In this document: in pieces, positions 50,061 to 64,000 of the stretch
Layout of the letters: each line of letters begins with the position of its first letter
How positions within the stretch are numbered: position 1 is the stretch's first letter
From: Convolutriloba macropyga
Taxonomy: Eukaryota
Assembly (NCBI RefSeq): GCF_964194025.1
Contig: NC_134468.1
Location: 29,760,001-29,824,000, forward strand
Direction: 5' to 3'
DNA length: 64,000 nucleotides
Position numbers and translations under genes: made by a program
The notes under the pieces: model-generated
The model's input: only the letters and a program-made list of their open reading frames with translations
Database searches by the model: none
What the model was told of the DNA's origin: nothing

Positions 50061-53000
50061 CAAAGGCATATAAAAAACATGAAAACTTCTAGTCCCTCAA
50101 ATAACCTCTAATTAGATCGAGATATAATTGTATCAAGTCTTGGAACTAAAGAAGCAAAGGTAATTTTGATTGAGCGAAAGTCATATTGACAAAGATATAA
50201 GTCATTTGTGATACGAGAAGTTATTGATGCGCATCAAAAACAGACTCACTCTAATAAAAGTAAAAGAAGTCACAAAAAAATGCACGAATAAATGCGCAAA
50301 AGCTGATTTAAAGCGAGCTTGAGTCAAGTCACAGGTCGTACAAAAATCTAGCCCAAACAAAAATTATACAGCACAACAAGTCATGAAATACAAACATAAG
50401 CCAACAAACGTTGGATGAACTGCTCTCAAACGACAGGCAGGTTAAACTAAATTAGTGGATGGTGGTTAGAAATGTTTTATGGGTGTTCAAACTCCTCCCA
50501 CAGGGTTGCCAAATATGGACTTCCAGGATGCCACTCCAGCCTTGTCCCCACTGAGCTACAATGAAATTGATTTTTATCTCTCAGAGTCGCTTTTATATTA
50601 GCAACAAACATTATTTCAGAAATAGTAACCTAGATCAATCAAAAATGAAGTAACTCGAGAAGTCAACGAAAGGTCTCCAACAAAAGGGCCAAAACGGTCA
50701 AGTTTACTTAGCAACCATAAAAATAAAAGCTCTAAACTTCGTGCGAGACCAATTATTTAGTCTTCAAAAGCATAAAAAACAAAAACTTGATGTAGTCCCT
50801 CAAATAACCCCTATATAGATCGAGATATAATCCTATCAACTATTCGAAGTAAAGAAGCAAGGGTAATTTTGATTGAGCAAAAGTCAATTTGGCAAGGAGT
50901 TAAGTCATATGTGACATGTGATAAGAGAAGTTACTAAAGCGCATCAAAAACAGACTCACTCTGATAAAAGAAAAAGAAAGGCACACGAAAAATTGCACGA
51001 TTAATTGCGCAAAAGCTGATTTAAAGAGAGCGTGAGTCAAGTTACAGGTCGTACAAAGTTCTTGGCCAAACAAAAATTAAATAGCAAAATCTGAAATACA
51101 AACAAGCCAAACAACGTCGGATGAACTGCTCTCAAACAACAGGCAGGGTAAACTAAATGATAGTGGATGGAGCTTAGATATGTTTTATGGGTGTCAAAAC
51201 TACTCCCACAGGGTTGACAAACCTGGAATTCCAGGATGCCACTCCAGCCTTGTCCCCACTGAGCTACAATGAAGTTGATTTTTTATCTCTCAGAGTCGCT
51301 TTTATATGAGCAACAAACATTATTTCAGAAAGACTAACTTAGATCACTCAAAAACGAAGTAACCCGAGAAGTCAAAGAATGTTCTACATCAAAAACGCAA
51401 AAACGGTCAAGTTTGCGTAGCAACACTAAAAATAAATGCTCTAAACTTTGTTCGAGAGCAATTATTCAGCCTTCAAAAGCACAAAAAACATGAAAACTTG
51501 CTGTAGTCCCTCAGAAAACACCAATTAGATTACGGCATTATTGTATCACCTCTTCGAATTAAAGAAGCAAGGCTAATTTTGATTGAGCAAAATTCATTTC
51601 GACAAGGAGTTGAGTCATGTGATAAGAGAAGTTATTAATGCGTATCAAAAACAGACTCACTCTAATAAAAGAAAAAGAAAGGCACACGAAAAATTGCACT
51701 AATAAATGCGCAAAAGCTGATTTAAAGCGAGCGTTAGTCAAGTGAGAGGTCGTACAACATTATTGGGAAAACAAAAACTATATAGCACAACAAGTCCTGA
51801 AGTACAAACATTGTCCAACCAACGTCGGATGAACTGCTCTCAAACGACAGACAGGGGAAATTTAATTTATAGTGGATGTAGTTTAGATATGTTTTATGGG
51901 TGTCAAAATTACTCCAACAGGGTTGCGAAACCTGGAATTCCAGGATGCAACTCTAGCCTCGGCCCTACTGAGGTACAACAACGTTGATTTTTTATCTCTC
52001 CGAGTGGCCTATATATCAGCAACAAACATTATTTCAGAAAGAGTGACCTAGATCACTCAAAAACTACAGTTACTCGAGAAGTCAAAGAATGTTCTACAAA
52101 AAAGCGGGAAAAAGTTCGAGTTTGCATAGTCAAAATTACAAACAATTGCTCTAGACTTCGTTCGAGAGCAATTATTTAGTCTTCAAAAAGCGTGAAAACT
52201 TGCTGTACTCCCTCAAACAACCCTTAACTAGATCGAGATATAATCCTATCAACTCTTCGAAGTAAAGAAGCAAGGGTAATTTAGATTGAACATGTCATTT
52301 TGACAAGGAGATAAGTTATATATGATAAGAGAAGTCATTAATGCGCATCAAAAACAGACCCACTCTACGAGTGAAAGAACGTCACACAAAAAATTGTACG
52401 ACGAGCAAATGCGCAGAAGCTGATTTAAAGTCACCGTCAGTCACGTCACAGGTCGTACAAAACTTTTGGCAACATAAAAACTCTATAACCCGAAATTTCC
52501 TGAACTACAAACATAACTCAACCAACGTCGGATGAACTGCTCTCAAACGACAGTCAGGAGAAAATAATTTATAGCGGATGTAGCTTAGAAACGGTTTATG
52601 GGTGCCAAAACCCCTTTCACACGGTTGCGAAACTTTGAACTCCAGGTTGCGACTCCACCCTTGGCCCCACTGACCTACAACGACGTTGATTTTTCTCTCC
52701 GAGTCGCTTTTATGTTAGCAACAAACATAATTTCGAAAGAGTAGCTTAGATCACTCAAAAAAGAAAGTTACTCGAGAAGTCAAAGAACGTTCTACAAAAA
52801 AGGTCAAGTTTACATAAATATTACAAACGAGAGCAATTATTTAGTCTTCAAAAGTATATAAAAAAACATGAGAACTTGCTGTACTCCCTCAAATAACCCT
52901 TAACTAGATCAAGATAAAATCCTATCAACTATTCGCAGTAAAGAAGCAAGGGTAATTTTGATTCAGCAACCTTGACAAGGAGGTAAGTCATATGTGATAA

Positions 53001-56000
53001 GAGAAATTATTAACGCGAATCAAAAACAGACTCCCTCTAAGAACAAAAACAAGTCACACGAAAGATTGCACGAATTACGCAAAAGCTGATTTAAAGTCAG
53101 TTTGAGTCACGTCACATGTCGTACAGAATTCTTGACAACATAAAAATATATAAAACGGCAAGTCCTGAAACACAAACAAAGTCGGATGAACTGCTCTCAA
53201 ACGACAGGCAGAAATTAATTTATAGTAAAAGTAGCATAGATACGTTTTATGGGTGTCAACAAAAAAATACACGAAAAATTGCACGAAAGCTGATTTAAAG
53301 CGAGCTTGAGTCAAGTCACAGGTCGTACAAAAATCTAGCTCAAACAAAAATTATACAATACTAATAAATGCGCAAAAGCTGATTTAAAGCGAGCGTTAGT
53401 CAAGCGACTGGTCGTACAACATTATTGGGAAAAGAAAAACTATATAGCACAACAAGTCAAGAAATACAAACATAAGCCAACAAACGTTGGATGAACTGCT
53501 CTCAAACGACAGGCAGGTTAAACTAAATTAGTGGATGGTGGTTAGAAATGTTTTATGGGTGTTCAAACTCCTCCCACAGGGTTGCCAAATATGGACTTCC
53601 AGGATGCCACTCCAGCCTTGTCCCCACTGAGCTACAATGAAATTGATTTTTATCTCTCAGAGTCGCTTTTATATTAGCAACAAACATTATTTCAGAAATA
53701 GTAACCTAGATCAATCAAAAATGAAGTAACTCGAGAAGTCAACGAAAGGTCTCCAACAAAAGGGCCAAAACGGTCAAGTTTACTTAGCAACCATAAGAAT
53801 AAAAGCTCTAAACTTCGTGCGAGACCAATTATTTAGTCTTCAAAAGCATAAAAAACAAAAACTTGATGTAGTCCCTCAAATAACCCCTATATAGATCGAG
53901 ATATAATCCTATCAACTCTTCGAAGTAAAGAAGCAAGGGTAATTTTGATTGAGCAAAAGTCAATTTGGCAAGGAGTTAAGTCATATGTGACATGTGATAA
54001 GAGAAGTTACTAAAGCGCATCAAAAACAGACTCACTCTGATAAAAGAAAAAGAAAGGCACACGAAAAATTGCACGATTAATTGCGCAAAAGCTGATTTAA
54101 AGAGAGCGTGAGTCAAGTTACAGGTCGTACAAAGTTCTTGGCCAAACAAAAATTAAATAGCAAAATCTGAAATACAAACAAGCCAAACAACGTCGGATGA
54201 ACTGCTCTCAAACAACAGGCAGGGTAAACTAAATGATAGTGGATGGAGCTTAGATATGTTTTATGGGTGTCAAAACTACTCCCACAGGGTTGACAAACCT
54301 GGAATTCCAGGATGCCACTCCAGCCTTGTCCCCACTGAGCTACAATGAAGTTGATTTTTTATCTCTCAGAGTCGCTTTTATATGAGCAACAAACATTATT
54401 TCAGAAAGACTAACTTAGATCACTCAAAAACGAAGTAACCCGAGAAGTCAAAGAATGTTCTACATCAAAAACGCAAAAACGGTCAAGTTTGCGTAGCAAC
54501 ACTAAAAATAAATGCTCTAAACTTTGTTCGAGAGCAATTATTCAGCCTTCAAAAGCACAAAAAACATGAAAACTTGCTGTAGTCCCTCAGAAAACACCAA
54601 TTAGATTACGACATTATTGTATCACCTCTTCGAATTAAAGAAGCAAGGGTAATTTTGATAGAGCAAAATTCATTTCGACAAGGAGTTGAGTCATGTGATA
54701 AGAGAAGTTATTAATGCGTATCAAAAACAGACTCACTCTAATAAAAGAAAAAGAAAGGCACACGAAAAATTGCACTAATAAATGCGCAAAAGCTGATTTA
54801 AAGCGAGCGTTAGTCAAGTGAGAGGTCGTACAACATTATTGGGAAAACAAAAACTATATAGCACAACAAGTCCTGAAGTACAAACATTGTCCAACCAACG
54901 TCGGATGAACTGCTCTCAAACGACAGACAGGGGAAATTTAATTTATAGTGGATGTAGTTTAGATATGTTTTATGGGTGTCAAAATTCCTCCCACAGGGTT
55001 GCGAAACCTGGAATTCCAGGATGCAACTCTAGCCTCGGCCCTACTGAGGTACAACAACGTTGATTTTTTATCTCTCCGAGTGGCTTATATATCAGCAACA
55101 AACATTATTTCAGAAAGAGTGACCTAGATCACTCAAAAACTACAGTTACTCGAGAAGTCAAAGAATGTTCTACAAAAAAGCGGGAAAAAGTTCGAGTTTG
55201 CATAGTCAAAATTACAAAAAATTGCTCTAGACTTCGTTCGAGAGCAATTATTTAGTCTTCAAAAAGCGTGAAAACTTGCTGTACTCCCTCAAACAACCCT
55301 TAACTAGATCGAGATATAATCCTATCAACTCTTCGAAGTAAAGAAGCAAGGGTAATTTAGATTGAACAAGTCATTTTGACAAGGAGATAAGTTATATATG
55401 ATAAGAGAAGTCATTAATGCGCATCAAAAACAGACCCACTCTACGAGTGAAAGAACGTCACACAAAAAATTGTACGACGAGCAAATGCGCAGAAGCTGAT
55501 TTAAAGTCACCGTCAGTCACGTCACAGGTCGTACAAAACTTTTGGCAACATAAAAACTCTATAACTCGAAATTTCCTGAAATACAAACATAACTCAACCA
55601 ACGTCGGATGAACTGCTCTCAAACGACAGTCAGGAGAAAATAATTTATATCGGATGTAGCTTAGAAACGGTTTATGGGTGCCAAAACTCCTTTCACACGG
55701 TTGCGAAACTTTGAACTCCAGGTTGCGACTCCACCCTTGGCCCCACTGACCTACAACGACGTTGATTTTTCTCTCCGAGTCGCTTTTATGTTAGCAACAA
55801 ACATAATTTCGAAAGAGTAGCTTAGATCACTCAAAAAAGAAAGTTACTCGAGAAGTCAAAGAACGTTCTACAAAAAAGGTCAAGTTTACATAAATATTAC
55901 AAACGAGAGCAATTATTTAGTCTTCAAAAGTATATAAAAAAACATGAGAACTTGCTGTACTCCCTCAAATAACCCTTAACTAGATCAAGATAAAATCCTA

Positions 56001-59000
56001 TCAACTATTCGCAGTAAAAGAAGCAAGGGTAATTTTGATTCAGCAACCTTGACAAGGAGGTAAGTCATATGTGATAAGAGAAATTATTAACGCGAATCAA
56101 AAACAGACTCCCTCTAAGAGCAAAAACAAGTCACACGAAAGATTGCACGAATTACGCAAAAGCTGATTTAAAGTCAGTTTGAGTCACGTCACATGTCGTA
56201 CAGAATTCTTGACAACATAAAAATATATAAAACGGCAAGTCCTGAAACACAAACAAAGTCGGATGAACTGCTCTCAAACGACAGGCAGAAATTAATTTAT
56301 AGTAAATGTAGCTTAGATACGTTTTATGGGTGTCAACACGCCTCCCACAGGGTTGCGAAACCTTGACCTCCAGGACGACACTCCAGCTTCGGCCCCACTG
56401 AGCTCTACAACAACGTTGACTTTTTATCTCTAACATTTCTAACATTATTTTAGAAAGAGTAACTTAGATCACTTAAAAATGAAGTAACCCCAGAAGTCAG
56501 AAATTGTTCTACAACAAAAGCGCAAAAACGGTCAAGTTTGCGTAGCAACACTAAAAATAAATGCTCCAAACTTTTTTCGAGAGCAATTATTCAGCCTTCA
56601 AAAGCACAAAAAACAAGAAAACTTGCTGTAGTCCCTCAGAAAACCCCAATTAGATTACGACATTATTGTATCACCTCTTCGAATTAGAGAAGCAAGGGTA
56701 ATTTTGATTGAGCAAAATTCATTTCGACAAGGAGTTGAGTCATGTGAAAAGAGAAGTTATTAATGCGCATCAAAAACAGACTCACTCTAATAAAAGTAAA
56801 AGAAGCCACAATAAAAATTGCACGAATAAATGCGCAAAAGCTGATTTAAAGAGAGCGTGAGTCAAGTTACAGGTCGTACAAAGTTCTTGGCCAAACAAAA
56901 ATTAAATAGCAAAATCTGAAATACAAACAAGCCAAACAACGTCGGATGAACTGCTCTCAAACAACAGGCAGGGTAAACTAAATGATAGTGGATGGAGCTT
57001 AGATATGTTTTATGGGTGTCAAAACTACTCCCACAGGGTTGACAAACCTGGAATTCCAGGATGCCACTCCAGCCTTGTCCCCACTGAGCTACAATGAAGT
57101 TGATTTTTTATCTCTCAGAGTCGCTTTTATATGAGCAACAAACATTATTTCAGAAAGACTAACTTAGATCACTCAAAAACGAAGTAACCCGAGAAGTCAA
57201 AGAATGTTCTACATCAAAAACGCAAAAACGGTCAAGTTTGCGTAGCAACACTAAAAATAAATGCTCTAAACGTTGTTCGAGAGCAATTATTCAGCCTTCA
57301 AAAGCACAAAAAACATGAAAACTTGCTGTAGTCCCTCAGAAAACCCCAATTAGATTACGACATTATTGTATCACCTCTTCGAATTAAAGAAGCAAGGGTA
57401 ATTTTGATTGAGCAAAATTCATTTCGACAAGGAGTTGAGTCATGTGATAAGAGAAGTTATTAATGCGTATCAAAAACAGACTCACTCTAATAAAAGTAAA
57501 AGAAGTCACAATAAAAATTGCACGAATAAATGCGCAAAAGCTGATTTAAAGAGAGCGTGAGTCAAGTTACAGGTCGTACAAAGTTCTTGGCCAAACAAAA
57601 ATTAAATAGCACAAAACCTGAAATACAAACACAAGCCAAACAACGTCGGATGAAATACTCTCAAACAACAGGCAGGGTAAACTAAATGATAGTGGATGGA
57701 GCTTAGATATGTTTTATGGGTGTCAAAACTCCTCACACAGGGTTCCCAAACTGGAATTCCAGGATGCCACTCCAGCCTTGTCCCCACTTAGCTACAATGA
57801 AGCTGATTTCTTTATCTCTCAGAGTCGCTTTTATATGAGCAACAAACATTATTTCAGAAAGACTAACTTAGATCACTCAAAAATAAAGTAACCCGCGAAG
57901 TCAAAGAAAGTTCTACATCAAAAGCGCAAAAACGGTCAAGTTTCCGTAGCAACACTAAAAACAAAGGCTCTAAACTTTGTTCGAGAGCAATTATTCAGTC
58001 TTCAAAAGCACAAAAAACATGAAAACTTGCTGTAGTCTCTCAGAAAACCCCAATTAGATGTCGACATTATTTTATCAACTCTTCGAATTAAAGAAGCAAG
58101 GGTTATTTTTGATTGAGCAAAATTCATTTCGACAAGGAATTGAGTCATGTGATAAGAGAAGTTATTAATGCGTACCAAAAACAGACTCACTCTAATAAAA
58201 GTAAAAGAAGTCACAAAAAAATTGCCCTAATAAATGCGTAAAAGATGATTTAAAGAGAGCGCGAGTCAAGTTACAGGTCGTACAAAGTTCTTGGCAAAAC
58301 AAAAATTAAAAAGCACAAAACCTGAAATACAAACACAAGCAAAAAAACGTCGGATGAAATGCTCTCAAACAACAGGCAGGGTAAACTAAATGATAGTGGA
58401 TGGAGCTTAGATATGTTTTATGGGTGTCAAAACTCCTCACACAGGGTTGCCAAACCTGGAATTCCAGGATGCCACTCCAGCCTTGTCCCCCTTGAGCTAC
58501 AATGAAGTTGATTTTTTTTATCTCTCAGAGTCGCTTTTAGATGAGCAACAAACATTATTTCAGAAAGACAAATTTAGATCACTCAAAAATGAAGTAACCC
58601 GCGAAGTCAAAGAATGTTCTACATCAGAAGCGCAAAAACAGTCAAGTTTCCGTAGCAACACTAAAAATAAATGCTCTAAACTTTGTTCGAGAGCAATTAT
58701 TCAGTCTTCAAAAGCACAAAAAACATGAAAACTTGCTGTAGTTCCTCAGAAAACCCCAATTAGATGTCGACATTATTGTATCAACTCTTCGAATTAAAGA
58801 AGCAAGGGTTATTTTTGATTGAGCAAAATTCATTTCGACAAGGAATTGAGTCATGTGATAAGAGAAGTTATTAATGCGTACCAAAAACAGACTCCGTCTA
58901 ATAAAAGTAAAAGAAGTCACAAAAAAATTGCCCTAATAAATGCGCAAAAGATGATTTAAAGAGAGCGTGAGTCAAGTTACAGGTCGTACAAAGTTCTTGG

Positions 59001-62000
59001 CAAAACAAAAATTAAAAAGCACAAAACCTGAAATACAAACACAAGCAAAAAAACGTCGGATGAAATGCTCTCAAACAACAGGCAGGGTAAACTAAATGAT
59101 AGTGGATGGAGCTTAGATATGTTTTATGGGTGTCAAAACTCCTCACACAGGGTTCCCAAACTGGAATTCCAGGATGCCACTCCAGCCTTGTCCCCACTTA
59201 GCTACAATGAAGCTGATTTCTTTATCTCTCAGAGTCGCTTTTATATGAGCAACAAACATTATTTCAGAAAGACTAACTTAGATCACTCAAAAATAAAGTA
59301 ACCCGCGAAGTCAAAGAAAGTTCTACATCAAAAGCGCAAAAACGGTCAAGTTTCCGTAGCAACACTAAAAACAAAGGCTCTAAACTTTGTTCGAGAGCAA
59401 TTATTCAGTCTTCAAAAGCACAAAAAACATGAAAACTTGCTGTAGTCTCTCAGAAAACCCCAATTAGATGTCGACATTATTTTATCAACTCTTCGAATTA
59501 AAGAAGCAAGGGTTATTTTTGATTGAGCAAAATTCATTTCGACAAGGAATTGAGTCATGTGATAAGAGAAGTTATTAATGCGTACCAAAAACAGACTCAC
59601 TCTAATAAAAGTAAAAGAAGTCACAAAAAAATTGCCCTAATAAATGCGTAAAAGATGATTTAAAGAGAGCGCGAGTCAAGTTACAGGTCGTACAAAGTTC
59701 TTGGCAAAACAAAAATTAAAAAGCACAAAACCTGAAATACAAACACAAGCAAAAAAACGTCGGATGAAATGCTCTCAAACAACAGGCAGGGTAAACTAAA
59801 TGATAGTGGATGGAGCTTAGATATGTTTTATGGGTGTCAAAACTCCTCACACAGGGTTGCCAAACCTGGAATTCCAGGATGCCACTCCAGCCTTGTCCCC
59901 CTTGAGCTACAATGAAGTTGATTTTTTTTATCTCTCAGAGTCGCTTTTAGATGAGCAACAAACATTATTTCAGAAAGACAAATTTAGATCACTCAAAAAT
60001 GAAGTAACCCGCGAAGTCAAAGAATGTTCTACATCAGAAGCGCAAAAACAGTCAAGTTTCCGTAGCAACACTAAAAATAAATGCTCTAAACTTTGTTCGA
60101 GAGCAATTATTCAGTCTTCAAAAGCACAAAAAACACGAAAACTTGCTGTAGTTCCTCAGAAAACCCCAATTAGATGTCGACATTATTGTATCAACTCTTC
60201 GAATTAAAGAAGCAAGGGTTATTTTTGATTGAGCAAAATTCATTTCGACAAGGAATTGAGTCATGTGATAAGAGAAGTTATTAATGCGTACCAAAAACAG
60301 ACTCCGTCTAATAAAAGTAAAAGAAGTCACAAAAAAATTGCCCTAATAAATGCGCAAAAGATGATTTAAAGAGAGCGTGAGTCAAGTTACAGGTCGTACA
60401 AAGTTCTTGGCAAAACAAAAATTAAAAAGCACAAAACCTGAAATACAAACACAAGCAAAAAAACGTCGGATGAAATGCTCTCAAACAACAGGCAGGGTAA
60501 ACTAAATGATAGTGGATGGAGCTTAGATATGTTTTATGGGTGTCAAAACTCCTCACACAGGGTTGCCAAACCTGGAATTCCAGGATGCCACTCCAGCCTT
60601 GTCCCCCTTGAGCTACAATGAAGTTGATTTTTTTTATCTCTCAGAGTCGCTTTTAGATGAGCAACAAACATTATTTCAGAAAGACAAATTTAGATCACTC
60701 AAAAATGAAGTAACCCGCGAAGTCAAAGAATGTTCTACATCAAAAGCGCAAAAACAGTCAAGTTTCCGTAGCAACACTAAAAATAAATGCTCTAAACTTT
60801 GTTCGAGAGCAATTATTCAGTCTTCAAAAGCACAAAAAACATGAAAACTTGCTGTAGTTCCTCAGAAAACCCCAATTAGATGTCGACATTATTGTATCAA
60901 CTCTTCGAATTAAAGAAGCAAGGGTTATTTTTGATTGAGCAAAATTCATTTCGACATGGAATTGAGTCATGTGATAAGAGAAGTTATTAATGCGTACCAA
61001 AAACAGACTCACTCTAATAAAAGTAAAAGAAGTCACAAAAAATTGCCCTAATAAATGCGCAAAAGATGATTTAAAGAGAGCGTGAGTCAAGTTACAGGTC
61101 GTACAAAGTTCTTGGCCAAACGAAAATTAAATAGCAGAAAACCTGAAATACAAACACAAGCAAAAAAACGTCGGATGAAATGCTCTCAAACAACAGGCAG
61201 GGTAAACTAAATGATAGTGGATGGAGCTTAGATATGTTTTATGGGTGTCAAAACTCCTCACACAGGGTTGCCAAACCTGGAATTCCAGGATGCCACTCCA
61301 GCCTTGTCCCCATTGAGCTACAATGAAGTTGATTTTTTTTATCTCTCAGAGTCGCTTTTAGATGAGCAACAAACATTATTTCAGAAAGACAAACTTAGAT
61401 CACTCAAAAATGAAGTAACCCGCAAAGTCAAAGAATGTTCTACATCAAAAGCGCAAAAACGGTCAAGATTCCGTAGCAACACTAAAAATAAATGCTCTAA
61501 ACTTTGTTCGAGAGCGATTATTCAGTCTTCAAAAACAAAAAAACATGAAAACTTGCTGTAGTCCCTCAGAAAACCCCAATTAGATGACATTATTGTATCA
61601 CCTCTTCGAATTAAAGAGCAAGTGTATTTTTGATTGAGCAAAATTCATTTCGACAAGGAGCTAAGTCATATGTGATAAGAGAAATTATTAATGCGTATCA
61701 AAAACAGACTCACTCTAAGAAAAGTAAAAGAAGTCACAAAAAAAATTGCACGAATAAATGCGCAAAACCTGATTTAAAGAGAGCGTGAGTCAAGTTATAG
61801 GTCGAACAAAGTTCTTGGCCAAACAAAAATTAAATAGCACAAAACCTGAAATACAAACCCAAGCCAACCAACGTCAGATGAACTGCTCTCAAACAACAGG
61901 CAGGGTAAACTAAATTATAGTGGATGGAGCTTAGATATGTTTTATGGGTGTCAAAACTCCTCACACAAGTTTGCCAAACCTGGAATTCCAGGATGCCACT

Positions 62001-64000
62001 CCAGCCTTGTCCCCACTGAGCTACGATGAAGTTGATTTTTTTTTATCTCTCAGAGTCGCTTTTATATGAGCAACAAACATTATTTCAGAAAGACTAACTT
62101 AGATCACTCAAAAATGAAGTAACCCGCGAAGTCAAAGAATGTTCTACATCAAAAGCGCAAAAACGGTCAAGTTTGCGTAGCAACACTAAAAATAAATGCT
62201 CTAAACTTTGTTCGAGAGCAATTATTCAGTCTTCAAAAGCACAAAAAACATGAAAACTTGCTGTAGTTCCTCAGAAAACCCAAATTAGATGACGACATTA
62301 TTGTATCAACTCTTCAAATTAAAGAAGCAAGGGTTATTTTTGATTGACCAAAATTCATTTCGACAAGGAGTTAAGTCATATGTGATAAGAGAAGTTATTA
62401 ATGCGTATCAAAAACAGACTCACTCTAATAAAAGTAAAAGAAGTCACAAAAAAATGCACGAATAAATGCGCAAAAGCTGATTTAAAGAGAGCGTGAGTCA
62501 AGTTATAGGTTGTACAAAGTTCTTGGCCAAACAAAAATTAAATAGCACAAAACCTGAAATACAAACCAAAGCCAACCAACGTCAGATGAACTGCTCTCAA
62601 ACAACAGGCAGGGTAAACTAAATTATAGTGGATGGAGCTTAGATATGTTTTATGGGTGTCAAAACTCCTCACACAGGTTTGTCAAACCTGGCCTTCCAGG
62701 ATGCCACTCCAGCCTTGTCAACACTGAGCTACAATAAGTTGATTTTTTTATCTCCAAGAGTCGCTTTTATATGAGCAACATTATTTCAGAAAGACTAGCT
62801 TAGATCACTCAAAAAAGTTACTCGAGAAGTGAAAGAACGTTCAAAGAAGTTTCTACATCAAAAGCGCAAAAACGGTCAAGTTTGCGTAGCAACACTAAAA
62901 ATAAATGCTCTAAACTTTGTTCGAGAGCAATTATTCAGCCTTCAAAAGCAGAAAAAACATGAAAACTTGCTGTAGTCCCTCAGAAAACCCCAATTAGATG
63001 ACGACATTATTGTATCACCTCTTCGAATTAAACAGGCAAGGGTAATTTTGATTGAGCAAAATTCATTTCGACAAGGAGTTAAGTCATATGTGATAAGAGA
63101 AGTTAATAATGCGCATCACAAACAGACTCACTCTAATAAATTTAAAAGAAGAAGTCACACAAAAAATTGCACGAATAAATGCGCAAAAGCTGATTTAAAG
63201 CGAGCTTGAGTCAAGTCACAGGTCGTATAAAATTCTAGGCCAAACAAAAATTATAGAGCACAACAAGTCCTGAAATACAAACACAGGCCAACCAACGTCG
63301 GATGAACTGCTCTCAAACGACAGGCAGGTTAAACTAAATTATAGTGGATGGCGATTAGAAATGTTTTATGGGTGTCAAAACTCCTCCCACAGGGTTGCCA
63401 AATATGGAATTCCAGGATACCACTCCAGCCTTGTCCCCACTGAGCTACAATGAAATTGATTTTTATCTCTCAGAGTCGCTTTTATATTAGCAACAAACAT
63501 TATTTCAGAAATAGTAACCTAGATCAATCAAAAATGAAGTAACTCGAGAAGTCAACGACAGGTCTCCAACAAAAGGGCCAAAACGGTCAAGTTTACGTAG
63601 CAACCATAAGTATAAAAGCTCTAAACTTCGTGCGAGACCAATTATTTAGTCTTCAAAAGCATAAAAAACAAAAACTTGCTGTAGTCCCTCAAATAACCCC
63701 TAATTAGATCAAGATATAATCCTATCAACTCTCCGAAGTAAAGAAGCAAGGGTAATTTTGATTGAGCAAAATTCATTTCGACAAGGAGTTGAGTCATGTG
63801 ATAAGAGAAGCTACTAAAGCGCATCAAAAACACTGTCTAATAAAAAAAGAAAGGCACACGAAAAATTGCACTAATAAATGCGCAAAAGCTGATTTAAAGC
63901 GAGCGTTAGTCAAGTGACTGGTCGTACAACATTATTGGGAAAAGAAAAACTATATAGCACAACAAGTCCTGAAATACAAACACAGGCCAACCAACGTCGG
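50061..64000. repeat. ~705-bp satellite array (~20 monomers, runs off the window) with 3076-bp and 1410-bp higher-order repeats
   Basis: Recurrent ORF offsets of 705-706 (59830, 60536, 61241), 1410 (58002 to 59412) and 3076 (51559 to 54635); conserved GATGAACTGCTCTCAAAC and CCTGGAATTCCAGG. Confidence 0.97.

Noticed and set aside
63380-63445. Minus-strand monomer translation with GWS...CG spacing resembling the Aurora activation loop
   Set aside because: No DFG or DYLPPE, spacing is off, and other residues do not match; most likely chance.
51559-63833. Many repeated 60-125-aa ORFs in the satellite, as a possible tandem gene family
   Set aside because: Frames are not preserved between monomers, ORFs occur on both strands, and no protein motif is recognisable.

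Overview
AT-rich eukaryotic (animal-like, intron-containing) genomic DNA dominated by nested mobile elements and tandem repeats. (1) 1-12.8 kb: non-coding DNA with decayed repeats. (2) ~12.85-45.3 kb: an old, decayed Ty3/Gypsy (Mag-like) retrotransposon on the minus strand, interrupted twice. The first insert is a 19.4-kb defective Maverick/Polinton (14030-33394; AGTAGT...ACTACT ends, 6-bp TSD CACTTC). The second is a young Mag-like LTR element (34494-44881; 419-bp LTRs, TSD GACGT) carrying a 3.18-kb internal duplication. The Maverick shows no recognisable pPolB or ATPase. It consists of two inverted copies of the same capsid/integrase half, joined at an identifiable fold-back point inside the integrase gene and later expanded by recent duplications; this is the most unusual object in the window. 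(3) 46.85-47.78 kb: the last two coding exons of an Aurora-family kinase (minus strand). (4) 48.6-64 kb: a ~176-bp degenerate repeat followed by a >14-kb array of a ~705-bp satellite with higher-order structure, apparently inside the Aurora intron. All protein family calls are from motif recognition by eye; no database searches were run.
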